Made by a program: the position numbers and the translations under genes. This document shows, piece by piece, positions 55,427 through 64,000 of a stretch of 64,000 nucleotides of DNA. The DNA lies in the IMG/VR virus record IMGVR_UViG_3300042691_053485, positions 96,001-160,000 of that record. The stretch is one strand, 5' to 3'. Under the pieces are notes generated by a model. The model did no database searches. It was not told the origin of the DNA and saw only the letters and a list, made by a program, of their open reading frames with translations. This DNA is from a virus. The stretch's first letter is position 1; every line of letters begins with the position of its first letter.

Positions 55427-56239
55427 ATGATTAAAAAAGTTATCCATACCGCAGATTGGCATCTTGAGCCCAAGAAAAATCATGAGAAGTTTAATGATGC
55501 AATCGACAGTTTTATTTCAACAGTACAATTACATACCAAGGATTGTACTCCGGAAGAAGTTCTTATTGTTATTGTTGGAGATTTGTTTGATAATACTTCC
55601 AAAGAACCATCAAACGAAGCCTTCATCATTATGTTTGATGCACTACATAAGATTTCCTCACATTGGAAAACTGTAATCTCTATTGGGAATCACGATTACG
55701 ACATTAGGAACCCAGAAAAGATGGATTATATAACGCCCTTATACAACGCATTTGTTAAATTAGGGTGGAGAAATATAAAATATATGAAGTCTACAGAAGA
55801 TTACGAGATTGAAAATCTAATCTTTAGCAATTTCTCAAATCATGATAGGGGGATACCTAATCCTCCCAAGTCGAATAAAACAAAGATTGCCTTATTCCAT
55901 GACCCAATTATGGGGGCAATTAATTTTGAAGGTTATGATTTAACAGAGGGACATAATCGCTATGATGTTTCAATTTTTGAAGGATTTGATATTGTAATGA
56001 TGGGTGACATCCATAGACATCAACAAATCCCTTATGAAATCCCTGTAGTTTACTCAGGAAGTTTATTCCAAGTTAACTCCGGGGAGTCTGTAAACGGTCA
56101 TGGGTTTGTAATGTGGGATTTAGATAATTACACTTATAAGTTCATTGAGGTGGAAATAAACCATGGAATATATAAGATAACGTCTGATACATTTCAAGAT
56201 GTAATTTCAGGCAATTTCAAAATCAAAAATCTTAAATAA
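55427..56239 (+). CDS. SbcD/Mre11-like nuclease (gp47-like)
   Basis: HTADWH, VGDLFD, GNHD, LFH and GDIH motifs. Confidence 0.9.
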   Translation: MIKKVIHTADWHLEPKKNHEKFNDAIDSFISTVQLHTKDCTPEEVLIVIVGDLFDNTSKEPSNEAFIIMFDALHKISSHWKTVISIGNHDYDIRNPEKMDYITPLYNAFVKLGWRNIKYMKSTEDYEIENLIFSNFSNHDRGIPNPPKSNKTKIALFHDPIMGAINFEGYDLTEGHNRYDVSIFEGFDIVMMGDIHRHQQIPYEIPVVYSGSLFQVNSGESVNGHGFVMWDLDNYTYKFIEVEINHGIYKITSDTFQDVISGNFKIKNLK

Positions 56240-58870
56240 ATGATGAAACTGAAACAAAACTCAAAGATTATTTTTGAGTGGAAGGATTACCCTCATGTGA
56301 TGACTAAGGCTAAAGAAAATGAGATAAAAGCAAAAGTCGCTGAGAAATATGGGATAAGTAAATCACAAGTTGAAGTACAAAGAATCTATCTGAAAAGAAA
56401 TGATACTGGGGAGCGAATTTCGACATCTATATTAGAATCTATCCTTGATGCTGATAAGCTCCGAAAAACTTACATCGATTATTTAAATACCCAAGGAATA
56501 AAAATTTCCCCGGAAGATTTTTTCAAAATTGATGAAGAGGTTATCAAAAATATCTCAACCACAAATGAAGCTTCAGTAAATCGAAGATATAGGATAACTA
56601 AAATCAAAGGAAAAAATATTTTTTCGTATGGAGATTTTGAAAGGACTTATGACACTGATGGTATAACCCTTATTGAGTCTAATCCCCCAAATATGGGTGG
56701 TAAAACTTCTCTTGCGAGAATGGGTGCTTTTTTACTGTATGGGAATAAAATAAAGTACGGTAGAAAAACTGCAATAACATTTGCAGATGTATTCAACCTA
56801 TTCACTGAAGATAACCTCGCTTATATACAAGGAGAGGTAGAAATTGGAAATGATGTTTATTTCCTTAAAAGGGAATTAAAAAAAAGTAAAACTGGTACTA
56901 TATCCCATAGTTTCAACCTTTACATTGCAGATGAATCAGGGGAATTCAATCAGGATTTCGGTAGAAATGCAATTTCGTTGAATCATAAAGATGCCCAAGC
57001 AACACGAAAAAAGTTTGAATCTGTCATAGGAACTTTTGAAGATTATTTATTTTCTTCATATTACGAAAGTCAAAATATTGAGAAGTGGCTTGAAACTTCA
57101 GAAACAGAAAGATACCGCCTTTTTTGTGAATATCTTGGGCTTGGATTACTCGATGAAAAATATCAAATTTCAAGCAAGATGCTCAATAGCCATGTAAAAA
57201 CAGGCTTGATGAGTAAATTCAGCATACAAGAATTGCAAACACAAATTGAACAATCGGCAACAAGGATTGTTGAAATTGAAGGGCAAAAGGCAGATTGTGA
57301 ACTTGAAAAGCTTTCTATTTTGGCTATGATTGATGCAAATAGGAAGATTATCAATGGGCTTCAAGCAGAAAAGCTCGGTATTGATAATCGAATCATAAAT
57401 GTAAATGAGGAAGACATCAAAAAACGAATATCGGATATACAGTTAAAAATCGGAGCAAAAAATACTGAAGTTGAAAGTATTTCAAAAGAAATTGAAAGAC
57501 TTTCAAAGGAGTTTTCTGAATTTTTGACTAAAATAGGAAATGAAACCTTAGATAACCTAGATGTTAAAATTACCGAAAGAATTAAATCGGCTAACGAAAG
57601 AATTGCTGAAATTTCTAAGGAGATGCACGAAAAGGAAGCGGCACTCCTGAACATTATTCCATCACCTAAGCTAAATGAGGCAAAGGTCGCGATTAAAATG
57701 CAAATTGATGAAAGAAGAGCTGAATATCAAGTTTATTTGACAGAAAAAGTAAAACTTGAACAGGAGCTCAAGAAGCCTTTTCCAAAGGTTACTTGTAGTA
57801 AATGTGGGCATGAAGAAGATGGTAAGAGGGAAAAAATGTTGACTGAAAATAAAATTTCTGAATTAACAGGAAAGCTCTCCTTATTTGAGCAAGAAGCTGT
57901 GCGACTAAAGGAGCGTTCACTCCAAATTGATAGAGAAATCGAACTAGACATTCAGCAAACCCAAAAGAGGATTACCCATGAAATCGTAACGATTAAAGAA
58001 AGTTCAGAAGGAGAAAAGAGGAAACTCAATGAATTGCAAGTCAAGCTCCAGACGTTGGCTCATTATAAGACGATTCCTGAAAAAATATCGGCTAATGAAA
58101 GTTCTAAAGAGTTAATTATGGAAACAATTGAACTTTTGAACAGTGAATTATCAGGTCAACAACATTTAGCGCAACTTTTGCAAAACTCTAAACTTCAATT
58201 GGAACATAATGCTTCGTTAGATAGTCAAATAAGCAGCGTGGAATTAGAAATAAAAGAATCTACTATTAAAATTTCTAATATTGATAAAAAAATATTTGAT
58301 TTATCATCGGAGCTTAAAGTTGAAGAATATAAAATTTCCGCTACACAAGACAACATAAAAACAATACAGGAAGAGATTGTAAAAGAAAGAAGTTTAAAGG
58401 CTTATGTACAAGTGCATAGTGATGAAGGATTAAGCAAATTCATTATCATGTCCATTTTACCTCAAATCAATTCTGATTTAGATGAGATTTTAGATGGCAC
58501 AGATTTTAAACTTTCTGTTGATTATAATGAAAAGGGCATAAGATTTGTTATCGAAAGAGAAGGTCGGAAATATAACCTATATCAAGGGTCAGGATTTGAA
58601 AAAACTGTATCATGTTTAGCCTTACATTGCGTCAATGTTCGGATGACCAATCTACCGATTTCAAACTCACTCATACTTGATGAAATATTTGGTGGTGTTT
58701 CCTATATAAACCTTGATAAAGTCGAAGGAATTTTGAGAAAATTATGCGAAGTTTTCGATAATGTCGACCTTATTACTCACACAATGCCCGAAGGATTCAG
58801 AAAAATTTCTGATACAATCTTGAGGGTGGAAAAGAAAAACAATAAATCCGCCTTATGCAAGGCTTTATAG
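56240..58870 (+). CDS. SbcC/Rad50-like ATPase (gp46-like)
   Basis: Walker A NMGGKTS, coiled coil with CSKC zinc hook, GSGFEK signature, LILDE Walker B. Confidence 0.9.
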   Translation: MMKLKQNSKIIFEWKDYPHVMTKAKENEIKAKVAEKYGISKSQVEVQRIYLKRNDTGERISTSILESILDADKLRKTYIDYLNTQGIKISPEDFFKIDEEVIKNISTTNEASVNRRYRITKIKGKNIFSYGDFERTYDTDGITLIESNPPNMGGKTSLARMGAFLLYGNKIKYGRKTAITFADVFNLFTEDNLAYIQGEVEIGNDVYFLKRELKKSKTGTISHSFNLYIADESGEFNQDFGRNAISLNHKDAQATRKKFESVIGTFEDYLFSSYYESQNIEKWLETSETERYRLFCEYLGLGLLDEKYQISSKMLNSHVKTGLMSKFSIQELQTQIEQSATRIVEIEGQKADCELEKLSILAMIDANRKIINGLQAEKLGIDNRIINVNEEDIKKRISDIQLKIGAKNTEVESISKEIERLSKEFSEFLTKIGNETLDNLDVKITERIKSANERIAEISKEMHEKEAALLNIIPSPKLNEAKVAIKMQIDERRAEYQVYLTEKVKLEQELKKPFPKVTCSKCGHEEDGKREKMLTENKISELTGKLSLFEQEAVRLKERSLQIDREIELDIQQTQKRITHEIVTIKESSEGEKRKLNELQVKLQTLAHYKTIPEKISANESSKELIMETIELLNSELSGQQHLAQLLQNSKLQLEHNASLDSQISSVELEIKESTIKISNIDKKIFDLSSELKVEEYKISATQDNIKTIQEEIVKERSLKAYVQVHSDEGLSKFIIMSILPQINSDLDEILDGTDFKLSVDYNEKGIRFVIEREGRKYNLYQGSGFEKTVSCLALHCVNVRMTNLPISNSLILDEIFGGVSYINLDKVEGILRKLCEVFDNVDLITHTMPEGFRKISDTILRVEKKNNKSALCKAL

Positions 58871-60183
58871 AACTTGAAAAAAAATACCTTCCAACGATTG
58901 ATTTGAAATTACGGAGGGAGTTTCCTGAAATTTTCAAAAGAAAAGAAACAGGGAAAAGAAGAAAAGTGCAAAACCTCACGGAAACAGAAACCGTGAGGCT
59001 TTTTGCCTTGTACAAATCAGGAAACGAACAGGCGAGTAATAAGCTGATACTTTCACAACTAAAACTTGTGTACTTATACGCTAAAAAGTTCCATTTATCG
59101 TTAAACGGAACTGCACTTCCGGAAGATGACATTGTTGGGTTTGCTAACCTAATTTTGCTTGAAATTTTACCGGAATACGAGCCATACATGAACGGTAAAT
59201 TTTGCTCGCTCGCATCATATATAAGGACATGGCTTGAATACAACCTGTTAGCAAAAATTAAGGAATATGGTCTTGTGGTTAGACTGCCAACAAATAAAAT
59301 ATCTGAGCTTACACTTAGAAAACGTTATTTGGGACATTACGTTCAGAAGCATAATGAGCAACCTGGGCATGGAGACTCAATAGAAATCTTTGAGAAGGGA
59401 GAACACCGAAAAATTGTGTTCAATCTATTAGACCAAACGATTGACATTTTCGTCAAACAAAATAACACCTTTGAATTTAAAAAGAGTGTTAATTACGACC
59501 TTAATGAATGCTTTGAAATCATCTCAGGGAATAATACAATTCTTGACAATGAAGATGAAACATTAGAATATTTTGATTGCTTTGCAAGCGATAACACTCA
59601 CGTTTTCGAGGATGAGTTTAAGGTTGTTTCTAAAGAAATTAATAAGGTTCTTGATAGCTTGCCGCTTAGAGAGCAAGAGTCTGTTAAACTTTTTTATATC
59701 GACAATGAGCAGCTAAAAAGCATCCCTTGTAAATTAACTCCTAATTTTGAAAGCAGCAGTGAAACAAGAACATTACAAAAAAGCTCTTTGAACAGGATTG
59801 AGATATTTATAGAGGGCGAAGAATCCATTTCATACGAATTCACATCGAACTATCATGTTAAATCTGAAGAAGCAACAGGTGAGATTAAAAGTAAATGTTT
59901 AACACCATTATTTGGACGAGAAACAGTGTATAAAACTTCAGCAGAAGACTTTGAGTTTTCATTTGAAATGATGAAGCCTCTAAAGAAAATTAAAATTGTT
60001 CATCAGACAGTGAAAGATTCTAAAGAAGTTCAATATAGTATCACAGGAAATATATTGCAATTCAGTGTTGATTTTCAAATGGGATATATATTCACCCCAC
60101 AAACATTCCTCAATAACATTGAGGCAATTTTATCAAAACTAAGAAGAAAACTTATTCACCTTCAAGACATCATAAAAGAATGA
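58855..60183 (+). CDS. Phage sigma70-family RNA polymerase sigma factor with insertions
   Basis: KLILSQLKLVYLYAKKF, EDDIV, SLASYIRTW, VVRLP, LDSLPLREQ...ILSKLR. Confidence 0.75.
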   Translation: MQGFIELEKKYLPTIDLKLRREFPEIFKRKETGKRRKVQNLTETETVRLFALYKSGNEQASNKLILSQLKLVYLYAKKFHLSLNGTALPEDDIVGFANLILLEILPEYEPYMNGKFCSLASYIRTWLEYNLLAKIKEYGLVVRLPTNKISELTLRKRYLGHYVQKHNEQPGHGDSIEIFEKGEHRKIVFNLLDQTIDIFVKQNNTFEFKKSVNYDLNECFEIISGNNTILDNEDETLEYFDCFASDNTHVFEDEFKVVSKEINKVLDSLPLREQESVKLFYIDNEQLKSIPCKLTPNFESSSETRTLQKSSLNRIEIFIEGEESISYEFTSNYHVKSEEATGEIKSKCLTPLFGRETVYKTSAEDFEFSFEMMKPLKKIKIVHQTVKDSKEVQYSITGNILQFSVDFQMGYIFTPQTFLNNIEAILSKLRRKLIHLQDIIKE

Positions 60184-60449
60184 AAAACCTAAATACAATA
60201 CTACTTAGTGTCTGCTTAATCTTGACGCTTGCAAATGGTTGCATGACCTGTACAAACAAAAAGCAACTTGAAGAAGTCGCGACACGGAATAAAAAAGAGA
60301 TAAAGAAAGCAATCGATAGCGTTTCAGCAGCCCAAAGCCAACTCATTCAAAAAGAGATGGAACTTATGCTTATAATAGAAAACGAGGTCGATGGTAAAAA
60401 CAAAAAGTCCCACGAATTAAAGGCAATTGTCAATGAAACTAGGAAATAA
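60180..60449 (+). CDS. Small membrane-anchored coiled-coil protein (spanin-like or lipoprotein)
   Basis: N-terminal hydrophobic segment ending LANGC, followed by a coiled coil. Confidence 0.5.
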   Translation: MKNLNTILLSVCLILTLANGCMTCTNKKQLEEVATRNKKEIKKAIDSVSAAQSQLIQKEMELMLIIENEVDGKNKKSHELKAIVNETRK

Positions 60450-61311
60450 GCACAGTTTTTTAACACAAACATTATTCATCCTAGCCATACTAATTTTTGC
60501 AATCACTTCACTAACACACGTTGCTGTTTTTTGGGGGGTTGCAAATTCATTTTATATTTCTGCAATAATTGCTATTGCAACCGGGGTGAGTATAATCGCA
60601 TCTCTCTTATCGACCAAATACACGAAATTAACATATTTAAGTTTTCTAATTGTAGTGATTATCGAACTTGTTGGTAATATCTATGCTTGTTTTGTTGAAA
60701 TTGATGTGAACAGTGAAGGATTCAAAGCATGGAAAGAATTGACTGCCCCAATTTTTGAAGCAATTTTTTCTAAAGATGAAAATGGGGTGATTCCAGATGT
60801 CACATTTAAGCGGTCAATAGCGATATTACAAGGCTCACTAATTCCAATACTGTTATCCATCCTATTTCACATGTATATGGTTGTCAGGGAGCGGGTCGCT
60901 ACATCCATTAAACGTGAAAAATCAGAACAAGATGACCCCCCAAAAGAAGACACCAATATTGTTGTGCAGGAGGATGAACTAGTAAAAGAAGTAGTCGTTG
61001 AAGAACCTTCAGAAGAATTGGTAGAACAAAATGAAGTTATAACTGAACAAAATAATGAAGTTCCTGAAGAAATCATAACACCTGATAATTATTTAGAAGT
61101 ATCAACAGAAGATGAAACTTCTTTGGAGGTTGAAAAGCTAGCAGAGCCGGAAGCAGCGGTAACAAAGCCTGAAGAAATTGTTCAGATAGTTGAAGAACCA
61201 AAAAAAGACTCTGAAGTTGTAATCGAGAATAAATTAGCCGGAAATCAAAAGGTAAATGTATTAAGAAATGATGAGATGGGGACAATCATATTAAAACCAG
61301 ATAAAAAATGA
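60433..61311 (+). CDS. Multi-pass membrane protein with acidic tail
   Basis: About four hydrophobic helices followed by an E-rich C-terminus. Confidence 0.6.
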   Translation: MKLGNKHSFLTQTLFILAILIFAITSLTHVAVFWGVANSFYISAIIAIATGVSIIASLLSTKYTKLTYLSFLIVVIIELVGNIYACFVEIDVNSEGFKAWKELTAPIFEAIFSKDENGVIPDVTFKRSIAILQGSLIPILLSILFHMYMVVRERVATSIKREKSEQDDPPKEDTNIVVQEDELVKEVVVEEPSEELVEQNEVITEQNNEVPEEIITPDNYLEVSTEDETSLEVEKLAEPEAAVTKPEEIVQIVEEPKKDSEVVIENKLAGNQKVNVLRNDEMGTIILKPDKK

Positions 61312-61895
61312 TGATAAACACCGAGAATAAAGTGAATACCTCTAACTATGTAAGAGTAATTAGCGAAAAGAAGCAGATTATTCTCGGAAACTCTTATTCA
61401 TATAATAAAGAAGGGGTTTTAAAAATGGTTAACAGGGATGGCGGTAACTTTAATAAAGTTCCTCATTTTACGATTATGAAAAATGGAGAAATACTCCAAC
61501 ATTTTGACATAAAGTATTATTCCTACTATTTAGATAACGAGCATTCAAAAGATGTCATATCCATAGCTATTCAAAATATGGGGCTACTTTTTGAAAATAA
61601 ATCAGGGTTAATGGATATGTACAATAACACCTACCAGGGTGAGGTTATTGTACGACCTTGGAAGAATGGAAATTTTTGGGAACCCTACACAGAATACCAA
61701 TTAGATGCTGCAATTTTCCTTTGCAAGTATTTATTAAGCGAAGCAAATATCAATAAAGCTGTTGTACATTCAAATGTACAAAAGGCTGATGTTTCAAACT
61801 TCAAAGGTATTTGCTTTAGGAGTAATTATGACAGCAAACATTATGACATTTCCCCTGCTTGGGATTTTGAAACATTTAAAAAAGCAATAGAATGA
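61308..61895 (+). CDS. Amidase_2-like (N-acetylmuramoyl-L-alanine amidase fold) protein, possibly degenerate
   Basis: PHFTI..NGEILQ, ISIAI, YTEYQLDA...LCKYL, VVH, DISP; the N-terminal Zn-His is absent (IILGNS). Confidence 0.65.
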   Translation: MMINTENKVNTSNYVRVISEKKQIILGNSYSYNKEGVLKMVNRDGGNFNKVPHFTIMKNGEILQHFDIKYYSYYLDNEHSKDVISIAIQNMGLLFENKSGLMDMYNNTYQGEVIVRPWKNGNFWEPYTEYQLDAAIFLCKYLLSEANINKAVVHSNVQKADVSNFKGICFRSNYDSKHYDISPAWDFETFKKAIE

Positions 61896-62308
61896 TACTT
61901 AATGAACATGATATGACCCGAATGATGTGTAAACAAATTATCGGGTTTGGTAAAAAAAAGCTCAACGAAAATAAGGTCGAGTTTAGCACAGATGATGAAC
62001 TGATTTCGGGGTTCATAACAGACATATCAAAGCAGATTGGCTCTGTTAATGCTGCCTTCGATAGTTTATCTTATGATGAAACAAATCAAAGGGTGCAATG
62101 GTCCGGCAAAATTGCAGGGGAAGTTTCATGGGCTGTTATTTATTCGAATAACGAAGACAATGGGGTTTATTATACTGTTGATAATGCAAAACTATCAAGT
62201 AATGTCACAAGAGCCCTACACAAACTAAACTTGTACTTTGAAACTGTTTGGTTCTCTGCAATAAGAGATGCAATTTTAAGAAAAGAACTCACAAAAACTG
62301 ATAAATAA
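61892..62308 (+). CDS. Hypothetical protein
   Basis: 138-aa ORF, ATGA overlap. Confidence 0.6.
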   Translation: MILNEHDMTRMMCKQIIGFGKKKLNENKVEFSTDDELISGFITDISKQIGSVNAAFDSLSYDETNQRVQWSGKIAGEVSWAVIYSNNEDNGVYYTVDNAKLSSNVTRALHKLNLYFETVWFSAIRDAILRKELTKTDK

Positions 62309-62311
62309 AGA

Positions 62312-62319
62312 TATTTATT
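62312..62319 (+). promoter_or_regulatory. TATTTATT (near-consensus box)
   Basis: 6 nt upstream of ATG 62326. Confidence 0.45.
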
Positions 62320-62325
62320 ATTAAA

Positions 62326-63543
62326 ATGAAAGTTTCCTGTGAAAAAAATCCGAGAGGATGCAAGATTGAAATCGAAATAAACGGCTGCTGTTATACAAAA
62401 TCTTTATCAACAAAAGAGCTTGAAGTATTCAAGAAAGCATCAGTTGCGGTACAAGATGATATGATTGCAGATGCGAAATGCACGGAACAAAAGAAGAGAG
62501 TGCCGAGCGAATTAGGGAAAGTTACAGAATATAAAGCGGATAAAGATGTCATCCTAAAAAAAATAATGAATAAGCTATCAATTAAGGAGATGACAACTTC
62601 TGCATCATCCGGAGCCTTTGAAACCCCTTTTGCCGTTTCAAAACAGGATATGAAAACATTGGAAAACCTAAAAGAACATAAAATGAGAAAACAAATAACC
62701 CTTGAACAAATTGAACAAGTAATCAAAGCTACCTTGATTCAAGAGGAAGTATATAGTGAAAAGCCAATCGAAGAGAAGGGTAAACAAATCTCTTCTAAAA
62801 ACATTCAACAACCCAAAGGATATAAAACTTCACCTTCAGGGAAAAACACCGAGAAATCAGGAAAAGAATCAAAATCCGATGTTGATTCAAGAACGAAAAA
62901 AGTCAATGCCTCGACAAAAAACAACCTAAAAGATAAACAGGTTGAAAAAAAGAGCAGAACCCAAACAGCGGATGAGCGAATTGAGGCACACCAAAACGGT
63001 ATGGAGGACATCACTTATGACAGCATTAGTGACAACCAAAAAAAGAAGAACAAGGAGGCAATTGAGAAGGGCGGAAAGGTTGGAGAACAGATGGTGAGTG
63101 ATGCTAAAAAGAGAAAAGAATCAAAAGATAAGTCAGAAGTGAGAAAGGCGAAAGTATTTGGTAAAGATGTTGAATTTGCACCAAATATAAAAGATGATAA
63201 GAAAAACGGTAAAGACCTTGCATTTGAAAATACGCTAAAAAAATACACCTTTAAGAAACTGTTCAAAAACGAAACCGACATGATTAGTAAAATACCTTCA
63301 AAATGTAAGGTTAATGAAAATCAATTCTTTGTTTCTGATGGATTGGACACATATAAAATTCTTTGGGAAGGTGGTGTGAATGGTCTTCCAACTATCATGG
63401 AGCATAAAAATCCTGTTAAAAGAATACAACTCGAAGAGAAGTTTAAAAAGATAGCGAATATTCAAGAACAGGAGACGAAACAGCCTGTCCTGAATGAGAA
63501 TGAGATGTTCAAAACGCTCCTCAACGCTTCAAGAAATAAATAA
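62326..63543 (+). CDS. Lys/Glu-rich hypothetical protein (probable head-associated)
   Basis: 405-aa charged, low-complexity ORF with several [IL]xE motifs. Confidence 0.55.
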   Translation: MKVSCEKNPRGCKIEIEINGCCYTKSLSTKELEVFKKASVAVQDDMIADAKCTEQKKRVPSELGKVTEYKADKDVILKKIMNKLSIKEMTTSASSGAFETPFAVSKQDMKTLENLKEHKMRKQITLEQIEQVIKATLIQEEVYSEKPIEEKGKQISSKNIQQPKGYKTSPSGKNTEKSGKESKSDVDSRTKKVNASTKNNLKDKQVEKKSRTQTADERIEAHQNGMEDITYDSISDNQKKKNKEAIEKGGKVGEQMVSDAKKRKESKDKSEVRKAKVFGKDVEFAPNIKDDKKNGKDLAFENTLKKYTFKKLFKNETDMISKIPSKCKVNENQFFVSDGLDTYKILWEGGVNGLPTIMEHKNPVKRIQLEEKFKKIANIQEQETKQPVLNENEMFKTLLNASRNK

Positions 63544-63545
63544 GC

Positions 63546-63953
63546 ATGGATAAAAAAACATTTGTTGAAAAGAAAATCTTTTACCCCCGTGCGGAGCTTG
63601 TAAAAGATTTTCTTTTTTCGATATTGGACACTGTTGAAAGAACTTATCTTGGTGATGAGCTCATGAATGAAACCAATCAACAAGAACATTTTGAATACTG
63701 TTTATCAGAAGTAATAAATAACTTCTCAAATGAAGGTATTGTGCTTCATAAGAATCTCGGATTCCAAAAGAAGCTATTTGAGTACTTCAATAAATTTTAT
63801 TACTCTCAGAAGAAATCCAAACAAACTTTTGATGATTTCAGGGCTAGGATAAATAGCACATTCACAATCACTCAATTCAAGTCAAATAATAATTTGGATG
63901 AGTTAGTTTCCCTTTATAAAAATTTTGATGAAAATTTAGGAGTTTTTTTTTAA
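63546..63953 (+). CDS. Hypothetical protein
   Basis: 135-aa ORF, operonic spacing. Confidence 0.6.
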   Translation: MDKKTFVEKKIFYPRAELVKDFLFSILDTVERTYLGDELMNETNQQEHFEYCLSEVINNFSNEGIVLHKNLGFQKKLFEYFNKFYYSQKKSKQTFDDFRARINSTFTITQFKSNNNLDELVSLYKNFDENLGVFF

Positions 63954-64000
63954 GAATCCAAAGAAAAAAATCATATTAACATAAAAATGATTGAAAATTC

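Overview
A 64 kb slice of a large, AT-rich lytic myovirus (jumbo-phage-like) genome read in the standard genetic code. The host is probably Bacteroidota, inferred from A-rich starts without Shine-Dalgarno motifs, SPOR, SprB-like and BT4734-like domains, and Bacteroidota-style attC sites. The window holds a dispersed contractile-tail/baseplate module (tape-measure-like end, OmpA-containing tube initiator, LysM-like wedge, hub fused to an M15 peptidase, gp25-like, gp6/J-like and several large Cys-rich proteins). It also holds replication and recombination genes (SSB-like, 5'-3' exonuclease, DnaB, class II RNR, DnaG, RuvC-like, SbcCD, and a 1345-aa primase-helicase), a sigma70-like factor, two tRNAs and a possible lysis cluster. 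The most notable element is a small array of integron-type gene cassettes at about 23.1-25.2 kb: attC hairpins with matched R'/R'' ends carrying an ADP-ribosyltransferase-like gene and a DNA adenine methylase, with no integrase in the window. Other highlights are a recurring TATTTATA promoter-like box, a gene frameshifted by a 16-bp tandem duplication, an atypical tRNA-Leu, a structured ~280-nt RNA candidate between the tRNAs, and apparent GATC avoidance. All product calls come from motif recognition by eye; no database search was run.
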